From Trichoplax adhaerens (Eukaryota > Animalia > Placozoa): DNA of 64,000 bases. Within the stretch, counting starts at the first letter, position 1, and every line of letters starts with the position of its first letter. The notes under the pieces were generated by a model, which saw only the letters and a program-made list of their open reading frames with translations, was not told the origin of the DNA and made no database searches. The stretch spans positions 5,626,336 through 5,690,335 of the forward strand of contig NW_002060948.1 of NCBI RefSeq assembly GCF_000150275.1, in the 5' to 3' direction. Below are positions 47,201 to 59,985 of this stretch, piece after piece. Both the position numbers and the translations under genes were made by a program.

Positions 47201-50200
47201 AGATTGAAGTATAACCTGCAAGCATGACCACTTTATTCTCATACTTTATTTCCTGTTTTATTCGTAGGTTGAAGAATTATTAAAAGAAAAAGACGAAGAG
47301 ATCGCAGCTCTACAAAGTGCTCATGAAAATGAACGCCAAAGCTACAAGAGCAAGTACGTTCAATTAGCTGCTTTACTATGAATCCATATATTCTGGGTTG
47401 TCCTGAATAGAAATATCTTAGTACTTGAAATTATTTTCAATTATTCTTCATTTTCTGTTGAAACAACCATGTCTTTAATACCTCTTGACTTCAATAGGAT
47501 GGCAGAATTGAACGATAACTTTGCGAAACTCAAGATTGAAATAGCTAAAAAGGTAGAGGAATAGTTTTAACACAAGTTCAATCGTAATTAAGTCGATTAC
47601 GATGGAAATACTTTAGTAATCACCTTATACTTGCAGAATTTAAAGGTATCTAACTTGATTATACTATGCAATTCCTATTTGTAGGAAGAGATGGCTGCTG
47701 ATCAGCTATCACCTGAGCAACAAGAGCTCGTGATTCTTCAACAAACTTTACGAGAGATTGCACAAGCTATCATTTCCGATTCAGAATCCATCACTCGAAT
47801 TACTGTTAATGCATCAGCTGATGTTGTCGATGCTATTGGCGACACCAGCGTAGAACAGAGTATCCTTTCTCAATCGCCAAGCAAATCGAAATCCCCCAGT
47901 AAAGTTTCACCACGACGTCAAACCAAATATAAGAGTGTGCCATCAACCACAAATGTGCCACAGCTAGCGGAATCGACAATCAATGCTGTGGAAGCAGCCT
48001 TGGATAAGAGACAGCAGCAAATTCAGGTATTCTAATTATGACTAGGCATGCTAATTTTATTTCAGTAGTCGTTGATTGGACATAACACGATCAAAGTAGT
48101 GAATCTGAGTGAATACGCAAATTTATCTCATAGGACTTGTGTGCTAAAATGAATTTATTGAGAGAAGAGCTCAGGAATACGCAAGATAAATTTACCCAGA
48201 AAGAACAAGATTATACCAATGTCTCGCGAGGTTCTGAAATGCTCCGTGAAGAAATTGAAGAATTGTAAGTTATTCAAGTTTATTGAATTAGTCCTATTAA
48301 TCAGATTGTCATTAACCATGTCATAAAAAATGAAATTAGGCGTAAACACTTAGACGCAATCACGGAAGAGAAGGATAAGTTTAAATCTCAAATTGGAATT
48401 ATCATCAAGTACGTCTATAACTTCTAATTGAGTTTGCTTAAGCCATCTAGAAAGAGTACATTATAATCGATAAGTAGCTCGATATTACTTTGATCAGTAG
48501 AAATAAATGCATTCTTGATTGATTGATAATAAGTTACTAAAGCTGTTTTATCGTTGCCGGCCTATTTTGGCCAAGATATGTCTGTATCAGCCCTAGCTTT
48601 GGGCTACTTGGATATAATAAATATCGATGTACATAGACAGATCCATATTACTTAGATTTGATTGTACATTCTTCTTTTTTTCTTTTAGTGAGAAATCGGG
48701 CTTGGAGAAAGTTCGTAATTCTCTTAATGATTATGTCCAATCGATCCAATTGGAAAACGAGAAATTGCAAGCTGCTAATGCTGAGCTACAACACCTCCGT
48801 GATAACATGGAAGATGAGAAAGAAGATCTAATGCGATCGAAAGAAACCGTTCAACAAGAAGTTAAACGTCATAGCAAATATATCGAGCAGCTAGAAAATA
48901 AAAATTCCGAATTGAAGCAACAACTCGTTAGTGCAAGGGAAAATAATTCACGCTTATCATTGGATAAAGATGTATTAGAACAAGAGAAAGCTCATTTAAC
49001 AGAGATGGTATCCCATTTGGAATTGCAAAGAGCAGAACTTGAATTGCAAACAACCAAAGTACGTCAAGAGGAAGCCAACTTAAGAGATGCACTCTTGAAA
49101 ATGCAATCATTGAACGAAAATCTCGGACAAGATAAGATCGATCTCAATAAGGTTATAATGCAATTTGAGCATGAGAAAGCATTACTTATCCAAGATTGCA
49201 ACGAATTACGCATGGAGAAATCAGGATTAAAAGAAGAATTGGTCTACGCAGAGCAAGAAAAAGTGAGTTGATAATGATGGATTTTATTTGAACTATCAAC
49301 CAATTCTGCTTGTTACGCTAGTACTCTATAATTTTATCTACTAGTCTTAATTTCAACCTATCCTATCATTTAGCATAGGAATTGTCCTTATTCAAGGTAT
49401 GATAATACCGATTAACGATTATGATTGGATTTAGGTTAATTTGCAAACGGAGAAAAATCAATTAGATCAAAGTCTTCAATTAGCTGAGCAAGCACGTGAA
49501 AAATTAGAAAGTGATTTAGTTGGCATCACCAGAGAAAGATCAGAACTCAATGAATCGATCAATCATCTTGCCCGTGATAAAGATGGCTTATCGGAAGAGC
49601 TACGACAAATTCAAAAAGATTCAGAAAGGCATAACCTTACTGCGGTGAAATTAGCCAAAGAGAAGGAGGAATTAACACGCGATAAAGCCAATGTTAGCGT
49701 TCAATTAGCCAATTCAGAACGTGAAAGCCGAAATCATCAAGAATTGATTGCATCCTTGAAGATAGAGAAAGATTCATTGGAAAGTACTGTCTTCGAATTG
49801 CAGCAAATGAATACTAAATTGGAAATAAGAAAAGATCAACTTGAAGCTGAAAATCAAGAACTTTTGCTTTCAAAAGAAGCTTTAAATGTCGAAGTAGGAA
49901 GATTGGAGAAAGAGAAAGAAATTGAAGTTAGCAAGTTAGACCATCAATTGCAAATATTGACACAAAAGCACGATCAATTATCTCGTGACAGTGATATGAA
50001 AATGAAACAGTTGCAACAAAAGCGAGAATCAGAATTGGAACGATTACGGAAGGATCATGAAAATGAAATTACTAAAATTGAAGAAGCCAATAAAGAATAT
50101 GCTAAACGATTATTGGGTGAGAAAGAGGAGATTTTGAATCATCATGCTAAAGAAAAGGACGCAGTAAATGATCAGTTGGTCAATTTGCAACAGAGTAAGG

Positions 50201-53200
50201 AGGAATCCTTACTTGAAGCTGAACATGAGAAGGAAGAGATAGTTGCATCATTGATGCATGAGAAAGGCATTATTCAAGAAAAATTGAGTAGTTCAACCAA
50301 GTACTTAACCAATCTATCTGCTGAATTTGAGAAATTAAAGCGAGAATCAGGAATAAAACAAGAAAAAGATAAGGTACATTTACAATTATTTACCTTATGT
50401 GAAGTCCTTATAGGTTACAAGCTAAACTTGCAAGATATTTGTTCTATTTTCTCTACTCTAGTAGCAATCTGTAGCTAGACAATATTTTACTTTCATCAAT
50501 AGAGTATTTTAAAATCAGAAAATGGTATTCTATCTATTTTAAGGCATTCAGATTAGCTATAGTCATTTTTAAGACATTCTGATTAGTGGAAGCTGTTTAT
50601 ATATAAAAGCAGAGCTCTGTTGTAATATACAGTTAGCTATAAGATAATGATTGCTTATTTCTATATAGAATTCTATTCAATATCTAATTGATTGCACTAC
50701 TGAATTTTATAGAACATCATTCAATCTAAGGAAAATGATATTAAAAACTTAAAATCAAGATTAGAGGAATACCAGTTCGTATACAATTGATTTCTATTAA
50801 AGTTGTTTGATAGTGTTATAAAATTAGATAGACCGCTAATCTTGATTCTGCTGACTTATTTAGGAATCAAAGTTTGAATGAAATTTCCGTCCTCAAGCAG
50901 GATTTAAATGATACACGGAAAGATCGAGAAGGCGGCCACCGTGAAAATAACGAATTGAAATTGCAATTGAAATTAGCTGAAGAAGCTCGCGATGGATTAC
51001 GACGAGATTTAATCGATAGTCAGCGAAGAAGCCGTGAATTAGAAAGTATGCATGAAGTATCACGACAGGAAATATCTGAATTAAAGCGTTCCTGTAAAGA
51101 TGAACAACATGAGAAAGACACAGCCAAGAAAGCAGCGGAGGAATTGCGCCATAAAGTCAAGCAAAGTGAAAATAATCGTGTCGCTTTAAAGCGTGAATTA
51201 GATGAAACGAAGCAGAAATTAAGCGTTGCAGATGATAGCCGTAGCTCATTGCAGAAAGAAACTGAAGAATTCCGAGCTAATTTGCGTGATGTAGAGAAAG
51301 CAAGAATGGATGCACGCCGCGAATTACAAGAATTACGCCGACAAGTTAAATTAATGGATGGTGAACGGCAAACTATGATTAAAGATATCCATGATTTGAA
51401 GGATAAATTAGCTCATGATGATGAAATTCGTGAAGAACAACGACGTGAATTATATCAAACTAAGCAACGTCTAGTTGAATCGGACGCTGGTCGCGATGCT
51501 GCACAACGCGAAGTAGCTAATTTGCAGCGTAAATTAAGTGAAAATGAAGAAAATTTCAGAGTCAAAGAGCGTGAATTCCAAAATTATGCTGATGATTTAC
51601 GCCGAGTTGAGAAACGTACAGTTGATCGAAGTCACGAATTAGAAGCTATTGTCAATTCATTAACTGATGAGCAAGGTAATTTACGTTTGCAATTATCCAC
51701 TGCTGAAGGCAAAACATCTGCACTAGAGAATAAATTAGAAAGAACTGAAAATGATAAGCAAGATGTAGAATTCAAGTTGGCTAGTGTTGCTTCCATTTTA
51801 CGTCGTACTATTGGAATTAAGCTATCGAAGACGCTAAGTCCAAGTAAATCTCCATCTCGCCATGTTAGTCCACGAAAAAGACGTGTAGCTTCCCCTGAAC
51901 GGGATACTATGGATAGCAGCAATCGCACTCGATCACCTAGTCCACGCCGAGCAACATCCAAAGCAGCTGAAATGGCAGCTGAAGTCGATATCGAAGCTGT
52001 ACGAATATCATTAAGAGATATTGTACAAAACTTACGTGATACTCAAAAGGAACGAGATGATGCACAAAATCAAATTACTACCTTAAGGAGGCAATTGAGT
52101 GAATTGGAAGATGATCGTAATAAAGTCGAGCAACGACTTCAAAAAGTGCAGAAAGCACTCACTGCAGCTGATGATGTTAAGCGTAATACTGATGGACGCT
52201 TAAATGATGCTCAAACAGCTCTGATGTTGCAAGAAGAAACGATTAAGAAAGCAGAACGTGAACGTAAAAGTAAGTTGAAAGTAGATACAAGTAGTGATTG
52301 GATAACAGTGATGTAGCTTAAGTAGATGTTCTAATTACTTATTGATGCTCTTCACTATTGCAGACCTGATCGAGAAATTGCATAATGTTGAACGCAATTA
52401 TAACTCTGCTGAAGCGGAAATTAAAGCATTAGAAGAAAAGAAATCACAATTGCAAAAGAGTGAAGCAAAGAAAGAAGCAGAAAGGAGATCATTAAAGGAT
52501 AAATTAGATTCTACTGAAAGTAATCGTGTGAAGCTTGAATTGAAGAAGAAATCTTTAGAAAGTGAATTGCAACGCTTGCAAGTTTCATTATCGGAGAAAG
52601 AAGCTGAAAATCAAATGTTGCAAGATAAATGTGAATCATTAACTAGGACACAGAATGAGCTGGAAAGTAAAGTCCAGAGTTTGCAATTATCTGTCGAGCG
52701 GTTATCGCATGCTCTTGCAAAATCAGAAGAAGAAGAAGGCTCTCTGAAAGAACGTGTACAAGATCTTTCCATGTCGCTCAATGATAGCAATACCAATACT
52801 CAAACACTTCATGAGCAATTCAATCAATTGCAACGTGCACTAAGTAGTAGTGAAAATGATCGACGAGTTCTTCAAGAAAGGTTGGATAAATTAAAGAGTC
52901 AGCATCAACATGCAAAGAGTCAAATCCAAAGTTTAACGGAGCAAATACAGCAGATGCACTCGGTAAGTGAATCAAATTGAGCTTAATATTGTTCCATTTT
53001 GATATGTATTTATATTGCGGATTAAATTAGCTAGCAATCAATATCTTGTACTATGCATATAATACATTTACATATACATATACATCTATTAAGTCTTTCT
53101 GTTCTCCTTAGGATGAATCCGAATCTCAAACTAAACAGCTAGAATTGGAAAATGATATCCGTGATTTACAAGAAAGATTGCGCCAATTAACAGAAACAGA

Positions 53201-54328
53201 ACAGGAATATAAACAACGCGCTCGTTCATTGCAAGCTGATAATCGCCAATTAAACGATAAGGTTTCCTCCCTTAAGAGAACATTGGAGAATGTTGAAACG
53301 GAAAAACGTGAAGTAAATCGCAATCAAAATCGATTAGAGAAAGAAAAGAAAGCTCTAAAGCAAACACTCGAGAAAGTCGAGAAAGATCGCTTACGTATAC
53401 AAGAATTATATAAGCGAGCAGATAGTGATCGCGTGCAATTAGATCGTTCCTTGAATCAATCGGATGAAGAAAATGCTAACTTACAGAAGCGAATTAAAGA
53501 TATCGAAAGTTTACTAGCGGATAAAGAGAAAGTTCAAGCTCAAAGGTATTGCTATATTTTTAACTATCACTGTCTTAAATGTTGTAAAATCATAAAAGCA
53601 ATCTATGTTAGCAAAGGATGGCTCATAATACAAATGATTCTTATTTTTCTTAGATTGGTTGATGTAACTAAACGCCATCGTCATGAATTGGACTTGGAAG
53701 CTGAGCGTGCTCGGGCTAAAGACATGCATACTGATCGAATTAATCGAACCAAGATTAAGGGATTAGAAGATCAGGTAAAATAGAACCAAAGATGATGTTC
53801 ATTAGTAATTTAATGTTATCAACGGTCGATTTATTCTCTCAAAAGATTTCATTAAGATTGTAAAAAACCAGTAAGATTGACGATATTCTTCTCCATGGCT
53901 AGGTGAAAATGCTAAAAGGGCAATTAAATAAAGAAATGGAAAATAAGGAATCTTACATCGCTAATTCTACACTCAAGAATGAAGAAACTCGTAACTTGCA
54001 CAATATCTTGGGATCATCATTGCATAAATTAGGCAGCGATAGTGCTGCTGATACCTCACTGCTTTTACAGCAAGAATCAAAACGTCTTGATGATACTATC
54101 GATAATTATCGAGCTAATACTACTAGTGTTAGCTTTGCTAAAGTTTCTCCTTCCAGTACACCTTATAATACTGGCAAGTTAGCAAGTATGAAATCACCTA
54201 CAGCGGCACGCCGAACTCTTTCACCTACATCTCCACGAAAAACTCCAACATCGATTTTACGCTCTTCACCGACCCGTAGTACTAATTACTCCTCGCCACT
54301 TAAATCCAAGTATGGCGGCCGAACTTAA
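41210..54328 (+). CDS. CROCC: Rootletin (ciliary rootlet coiled-coil protein), about 20 coding exons
   Basis: N-terminal ENRLLQNELNRVEDMLAVSRAERDEIYSKYSAVSER|LEQ, LEDEHNTYKRKIQAYQDGQQRQALLIQKLQSKVLQYKRKC, LIKLDEEQQR..NLNQVNTVLREQL, NRLMSLWRTVIAFRREF, LRDVEKARMDARRELQELRRQVK, then a very long heptad coiled coil. Exons include 41210-41350, 45402-45596, 45855-45938, 48689-49263, 49435-50373, 50864-52269, 52364-52962, 53903-54328. Confidence 0.9.
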
Positions 54329-55496
54329 TGAAGAATACAAAAAAAGTGCACGGTTGGAAATAAGAAGAATAGTAGGAGAAAAAGGATACAAATTTAGGCA
54401 AAAAAGGAATTGACTGATTATCTTTATTTGGATGTAGACTCCTGTCCATTGGATGGTAGAGATTTGCTTGCTTTAGATGAACTTGTGCTGCAAGTTTTAT
54501 CGATTGAATAGAATTACCCATATTTTAGACAGTAATAGCAGTTCATGATGATCATTAAGCAAGAATTAGATATTTTAATATCCTATCGATTTTGTTCATC
54601 AAGACACCTGTAGTATGATTTACTGACTATTGATGTCGAAGTTAATATTCAAAAAGGATAGATACAAAGGTATCATTCTTGTAACACAACACCAACATTT
54701 ACCTTAGATTTAGCTCGATGGCAATTATTTTATGCATAGTATATCGTAATCATTTTGATGGTAGTTGTTGTTGTTGTGGTTATGTTTATGCTTAACATGA
54801 TGATTGTAATGATTCATACCTCTACTCTTAGCCTTCCTATGATCTTCCACTTTGATCCATATTTTAACGTGTCTACCTTTGTGAGTTGTAATTTATTTGC
54901 CTATCGTTCTATTATTTTCTACCTAGCTTTTAGAATAACAGTCGTTTCATCTTACTATTAGTACGTACTAATCAAATATTATACATCAGAAATATTTCAG
55001 TTGGATCCTATTTGGCAATACTATGTCATCACCTATGCTGTTATGGATGGGAGGCAATCTTAACCTTGACTATTGTCATTATGATTTTAAAAAGTTTAGA
55101 TTATCAACAATTTATGCTTCTAAAATGCAGTAAAAAAGTTAAAATTGAACATGGTAAATAAGCTATTAATTTTACTTAACATTTTAAAAATTTATAAGAT
55201 GTTGTTCGAGGGTGATTTTATAAGCCCTTGCTTTATTGCACTATGAGCAAATGACTTAAAACCAAATAAAGTAACCCATTTTGAATAAACATGCAGTTTT
55301 AGATAGCTTATTTGGCATGATTTTGGTTAGCCTTGACGGTATTACTTTATATCACACCTTCAGGGCTTGACTCCTTTATAGTCAAATATAGATATTCTAT
55401 TTTTTCTTTCCCCAATTTACCCCCAAAAAGTATTATTAAATATAAGAAATTTATTTCAGTTCTATTTGATTTTAAGACCTTGTGGCGCAGTCGCTA

Positions 55497-55880
55497 ATAT
55501 AGCTAAGATTAAGATTGCATGATCGTACAAGAATAGTTGGTCTTGTATGTTAGATTACAAGATTGTGTAAGTGTCCATTTGTAGAAGATATATTACAGAA
55601 TGTACCCGTATTAGAGCAATTTTATCGATATAATCCAGATTCCAATACATAAAATAGATTGCACTTGAGTATGTGAATACTGTGAGATTTGTATTGAGAC
55701 GATTTAATTACAAATAGATAGCCATAACAAATTTAGATCTGATCTTGCGGCTGCACTGGCAATATGTGATTGCGTTGCTAAGAAAATCATTTTGTAACTG
55801 ATTGCAGCATATATAACGATAGATTTGATTGTAATAAGTTAGATATTCTGATTGCATCTAGATATTACTTGATAGTTGTA
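55497..55880. repeat. Dispersed degenerate repeat, copy 1 (direct repeat of 59601-59985)
   Basis: Colinear shared blocks AATATAGCT.AGATTA, AAGATTGTGTAAG.GTC.ATTTGTAGAAGAT, AAATAGATT, AAATTTAGATCTGATCTTGCG, TGTAATAAGT. Confidence 0.8.
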
Positions 55881-58800
55881 AAACGAAGTTAATTAGTAGA
55901 GACATCTTGTTTATCTTGATAGTTATATTTATAGATTAAAACTATATGGATAATAATGTAATTACAACAGTAGTGGCTATCTATGTCTCATATAGAAAGA
56001 TAGATGGTAATATATATTATATTGCATTAGCGTTAGTATTAGCCACTACTGTACTAATTAGGAAATTATAATTTATTAGTAGATAGTTGCAGATGTTTTA
56101 TTAGTTAGTACTGGGCTTGTATTAAATTGTAATAAAAAGCTAATACTATCCAGCAGGGTTTATTAGAGTCGAATACGATTGCAAAGTGTCCTACATTCAA
56201 GCTAAGGATACGCATAGCATAGATACAGTTCGAATTATGGTTATAATTTTTGCACAATGATAAAAGTAATAATTAACGATTTAACAGATAGACGATCTTT
56301 ATGTTATTAAATAATCTAACTGATAATGGACGACTTACTATCACGATTAGCTTATTACAAAGTAGATCTCAATGGTTATTGGTGAATATGTGCTGATATT
56401 AGGTGTTGTAGCTCTGAGCAAGCAATATAAGCAGCAGCAAACCAGCGGAGATGTAAGATAATATTATTTAGCAATAATTGCACTAATATGTAATAATCAT
56501 CCTATAAGTAATATGCCAGTATAGAAACAACTATTAAATAGCAAACTTGCAAGAATTTGCTGCGGGCAAGATACTACGGCACCGACAATAGAAAGTCTAT
56601 GGTTATTATCGTTGAAATGGCCGTAGAGCTTTCAACCTTAACTCGATTTGATCTCAAATTTATACGTGCGCGTTGTAATAGCCTGACTGCTACTATATTA
56701 GGTTGCTAACATATTTGGACACAGCCTACTGCATAATATAAGCTGTCAGTCCCGGTTCTAGTACTTAGTATAAGCTAGTTCCTTCCTTCACCACTTCATC
56801 ATCGGCAGCGACCCACTAACAAACATAATCAATCGCTAAAGTAGTACTGGTTGCGGAACCTAATCTACGCTACCTTCAAGTAGCATAATCGAAATATAAA
56901 TCTCTACGTAGAGGGTTTAAAGATTCGATATTAAATCTAAATACAGACAATAAAACGATTTTTGAGGACTATTTTTTTCTGACTAGGTTACGACCCAAAA
57001 AGTAATGATTCTATGCTACTTATGTATGCTTGGAGGCTGTCACATTAGAAACAACTCTTTACACCTTCATCAATTTTTTTGGTCGCATTTACTTCAGATG
57101 CAACTACAACCATATACCCAAAGTTTATGCACTTCATGGCATCAATATTACTGTAGCTGTAATTCGTCTTATCATAACTAAGTATTATGGTAGCTTTTGC
57201 GGCATGCTCCAAATTTCATTATGGCATCTGGCATTCAGACAATTTACTAATCTGGCAAGTTCGGTAATGCGAATATCTATTTGAACAATCTAAGTTATTG
57301 AAATAGTCTATAGGCTACGGTGATTATTCTAATTTCACTTTTGAACATATTTCATTTTCAGCCACCAACATTATATCTAAAACAATTTTAAAGTAGCAAT
57401 TTCACAATCTGCCAATATTTTTTATTCAATTGAATAATTTTGGTGCTATGTTGACCTTTTGCCTATCATTCGTGAATAACTGTGCATAAAATATCAGAAT
57501 GTTTTCAAGAATGAAATAAAATATTTAAGTTGAAGACAATTGGAATAACCAAGATGTCAGAATGACAGTAAACGTAAGGATCATTTCAGTTTATTACCAA
57601 TACAATTTATAGCCTAATACAATGCATTAAAATATACTATACTTTAATGTAATAAAAGACTAAAAGCAGAGTCCTTTATAGCTTTTAGTATGTAACTATT
57701 CTAATTTTCTATATAGAAAATACCTAGAAAGTGATAGTATCTTTTAGTTTTAACCTGGCAAATCTTTATGTCGCCATGTTTTCTTCTTCATTAATTTACA
57801 AAGTATTATATAGATTACTATAGGAATAACCTAAGAGTAATCGCCTAATCTAAAGAAAGGGCGTTTGATAGCATACGAGATTATTGATGAATTTGACTTA
57901 GTAACAAAACCGCTATCCATAGAGAAAGGGGATTTATAACATGACAGTAAAGTACGGTAATGCTGCCTATAATCGTACAGTTACCGTACAACTTCACGCT
58001 AAAACATCAACTGTCAACACTAATATTAAGAAGTAGTCATAGTAGTCATATAAAATTTTATGATAAGCGATTACTGTCATCTTTATAAAATTCGAATTTT
58101 TCAGATTCAGATTCCGGATCCGGTCGGATTTATGTCCGATATAAATTTAATTTTTGGATTTTAATTTTTAGAAAATGTTATAAGAGTTGACTTTTAAAAT
58201 TTGAACTTTCTGTTGTGAATTTGAAACTTCGGAATTGTATGAAGTGACATGAAAGTTACATTAGAAAAGTTTAGTTGAGAAAATAGAAAATAAGATGGCA
58301 TATAGTAGAGGTTATGTTGATTGTTAAGTAATTGAAGTGTTATTTTTATGACTAAATCTTGATATTTAAAGGTTAATTTTTAGATTTTTGTAATATATGA
58401 TGATTGGAAATTAAGTTAGAAGTGAAGCTTGAGGTATTTTATACTTAGTTTGATGGTTTCATAGTGTTTTGTAAGGGAATTATAAGGTAATTTGTGTCTG
58501 AACTTTGAATGATTCTTGCTTTCTTAAGTGGTGCAAAGCAGTTTTCTAAAATGGGTCTTAAGAGTGATTGGTTAATAAATATTTAATTTTAAGTACCATT
58601 GAGGGCTCTGCAAAGCCTATAAATGATACTACAATCAGAAAATTTAGAGCAGAGAGCAAAAGAAGATTCTTTTGAAGAACTTGTTGAATTTTAAAGGCCT
58701 TCGGGGTCGAACTGTTGTAAGTTAAAGCGTTCTTTTTGTTGGTTGTTTGGTTATTAACAGTTTCAGTTCTGTCGTTTTTTTCATTTCTTTACTTATAATA

Positions 58801-59600
58801 CTTAGAATTAAGTATTTGGAAGGTTATCGGATCAGACTCTCACATTTTCTTAATAAATTGTTGATCGGTTGTTTCCCCAATTTTATTTGGTGTCAAAGTT
58901 TTGTCAAGTCGACCAGAGTACAAAGAAAGTAGAATCAAAGTTCGTTAGAACTTTGGTTCCTTGGTTTCTACACATTTCATTCCATTGCACTAATATCATA
59001 GTGGTTAGAAGTGTGAATAATGTCTTAACAAATTAAAATTTATTCATAGTTATTTTATTAACATAAAAGCTTATTGTATATTGAAGATGCAGCTTATTTT
59101 CCATCAGTAGCAAAACAGAATTTGTTGAGAGTTAAAAAGAGCAGTATTGTATTCACATTTTCAAATAATACTGGTAATAATTAGTATAATTTGGCACAGC
59201 AATATCGAATCTAACCTTGAGCTGGACTTAGATTCTGCCTACCACAAAGAGATAAACTATTACTATTTTTCACACCTTAACAAATCTCCAACTGATCAAC
59301 ATCGATTACAAAATATTCAGCTACGGTATATTTCCAGTTGTGCATAATAAACAAATCTTAATTTTGTTGTAATAATCTTAATAAAAGTATCCAACTACGT
59401 AATCGAGTCTTAAAGTGATCATATTCTCACAAAATAAGGGCAAAAAGGTAGTTGGCATTTAATAAAAGGCTAGATTTGGATGCTTTACAATGTTGAAATT
59501 ATAGAGGACATTTAATAAGAATTGAATAAAGACGTATCCTGAGTCCTATTGATCATAGGCTCCTGTTTGTAACTTCTAACATATTGTAGTGCAGCCCCAA

Positions 59601-59985
59601 ATATAGCTTAGATTACTATTATAAGACTGTACGAGAATAACTTAACTTGTAAGCTAGAGTGTAAGATTGTGTAAGAGTCTATTTGTAGAAGATGTTTACA
59701 ATACGTATTGTAGCGAATCTATTAAGATGTTTATATAAAGATCTGAGATATATAAATAGATTTGCTCTAAGTATGTTAGTACTGTAAGTATTGTATTGTA
59801 ATGCTTTAAATAGACGCGCGAATTATGAATAGATTGCGCGATGGTAAATTTAGATCTGATCTTGCGACTTAATGGGCAAGATAAGATTTGTTACAGTAAA
59901 AGCATTCTGTAACTAATCGTATATAAATCGTGAATTTTGCTGTAATAAGTAGATTGTCAGATAGTCAGATAGTCCTTGGTAGTTA
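59601..59985. repeat. Dispersed degenerate repeat, copy 2
   Basis: Same blocks in the same order as 55497-55880, about 4.1 kb downstream. Confidence 0.8.

Noticed and set aside
51632-53729. Minus-strand ORFs within rootletin
   Set aside because: Antisense shadows of long coiled-coil exons.
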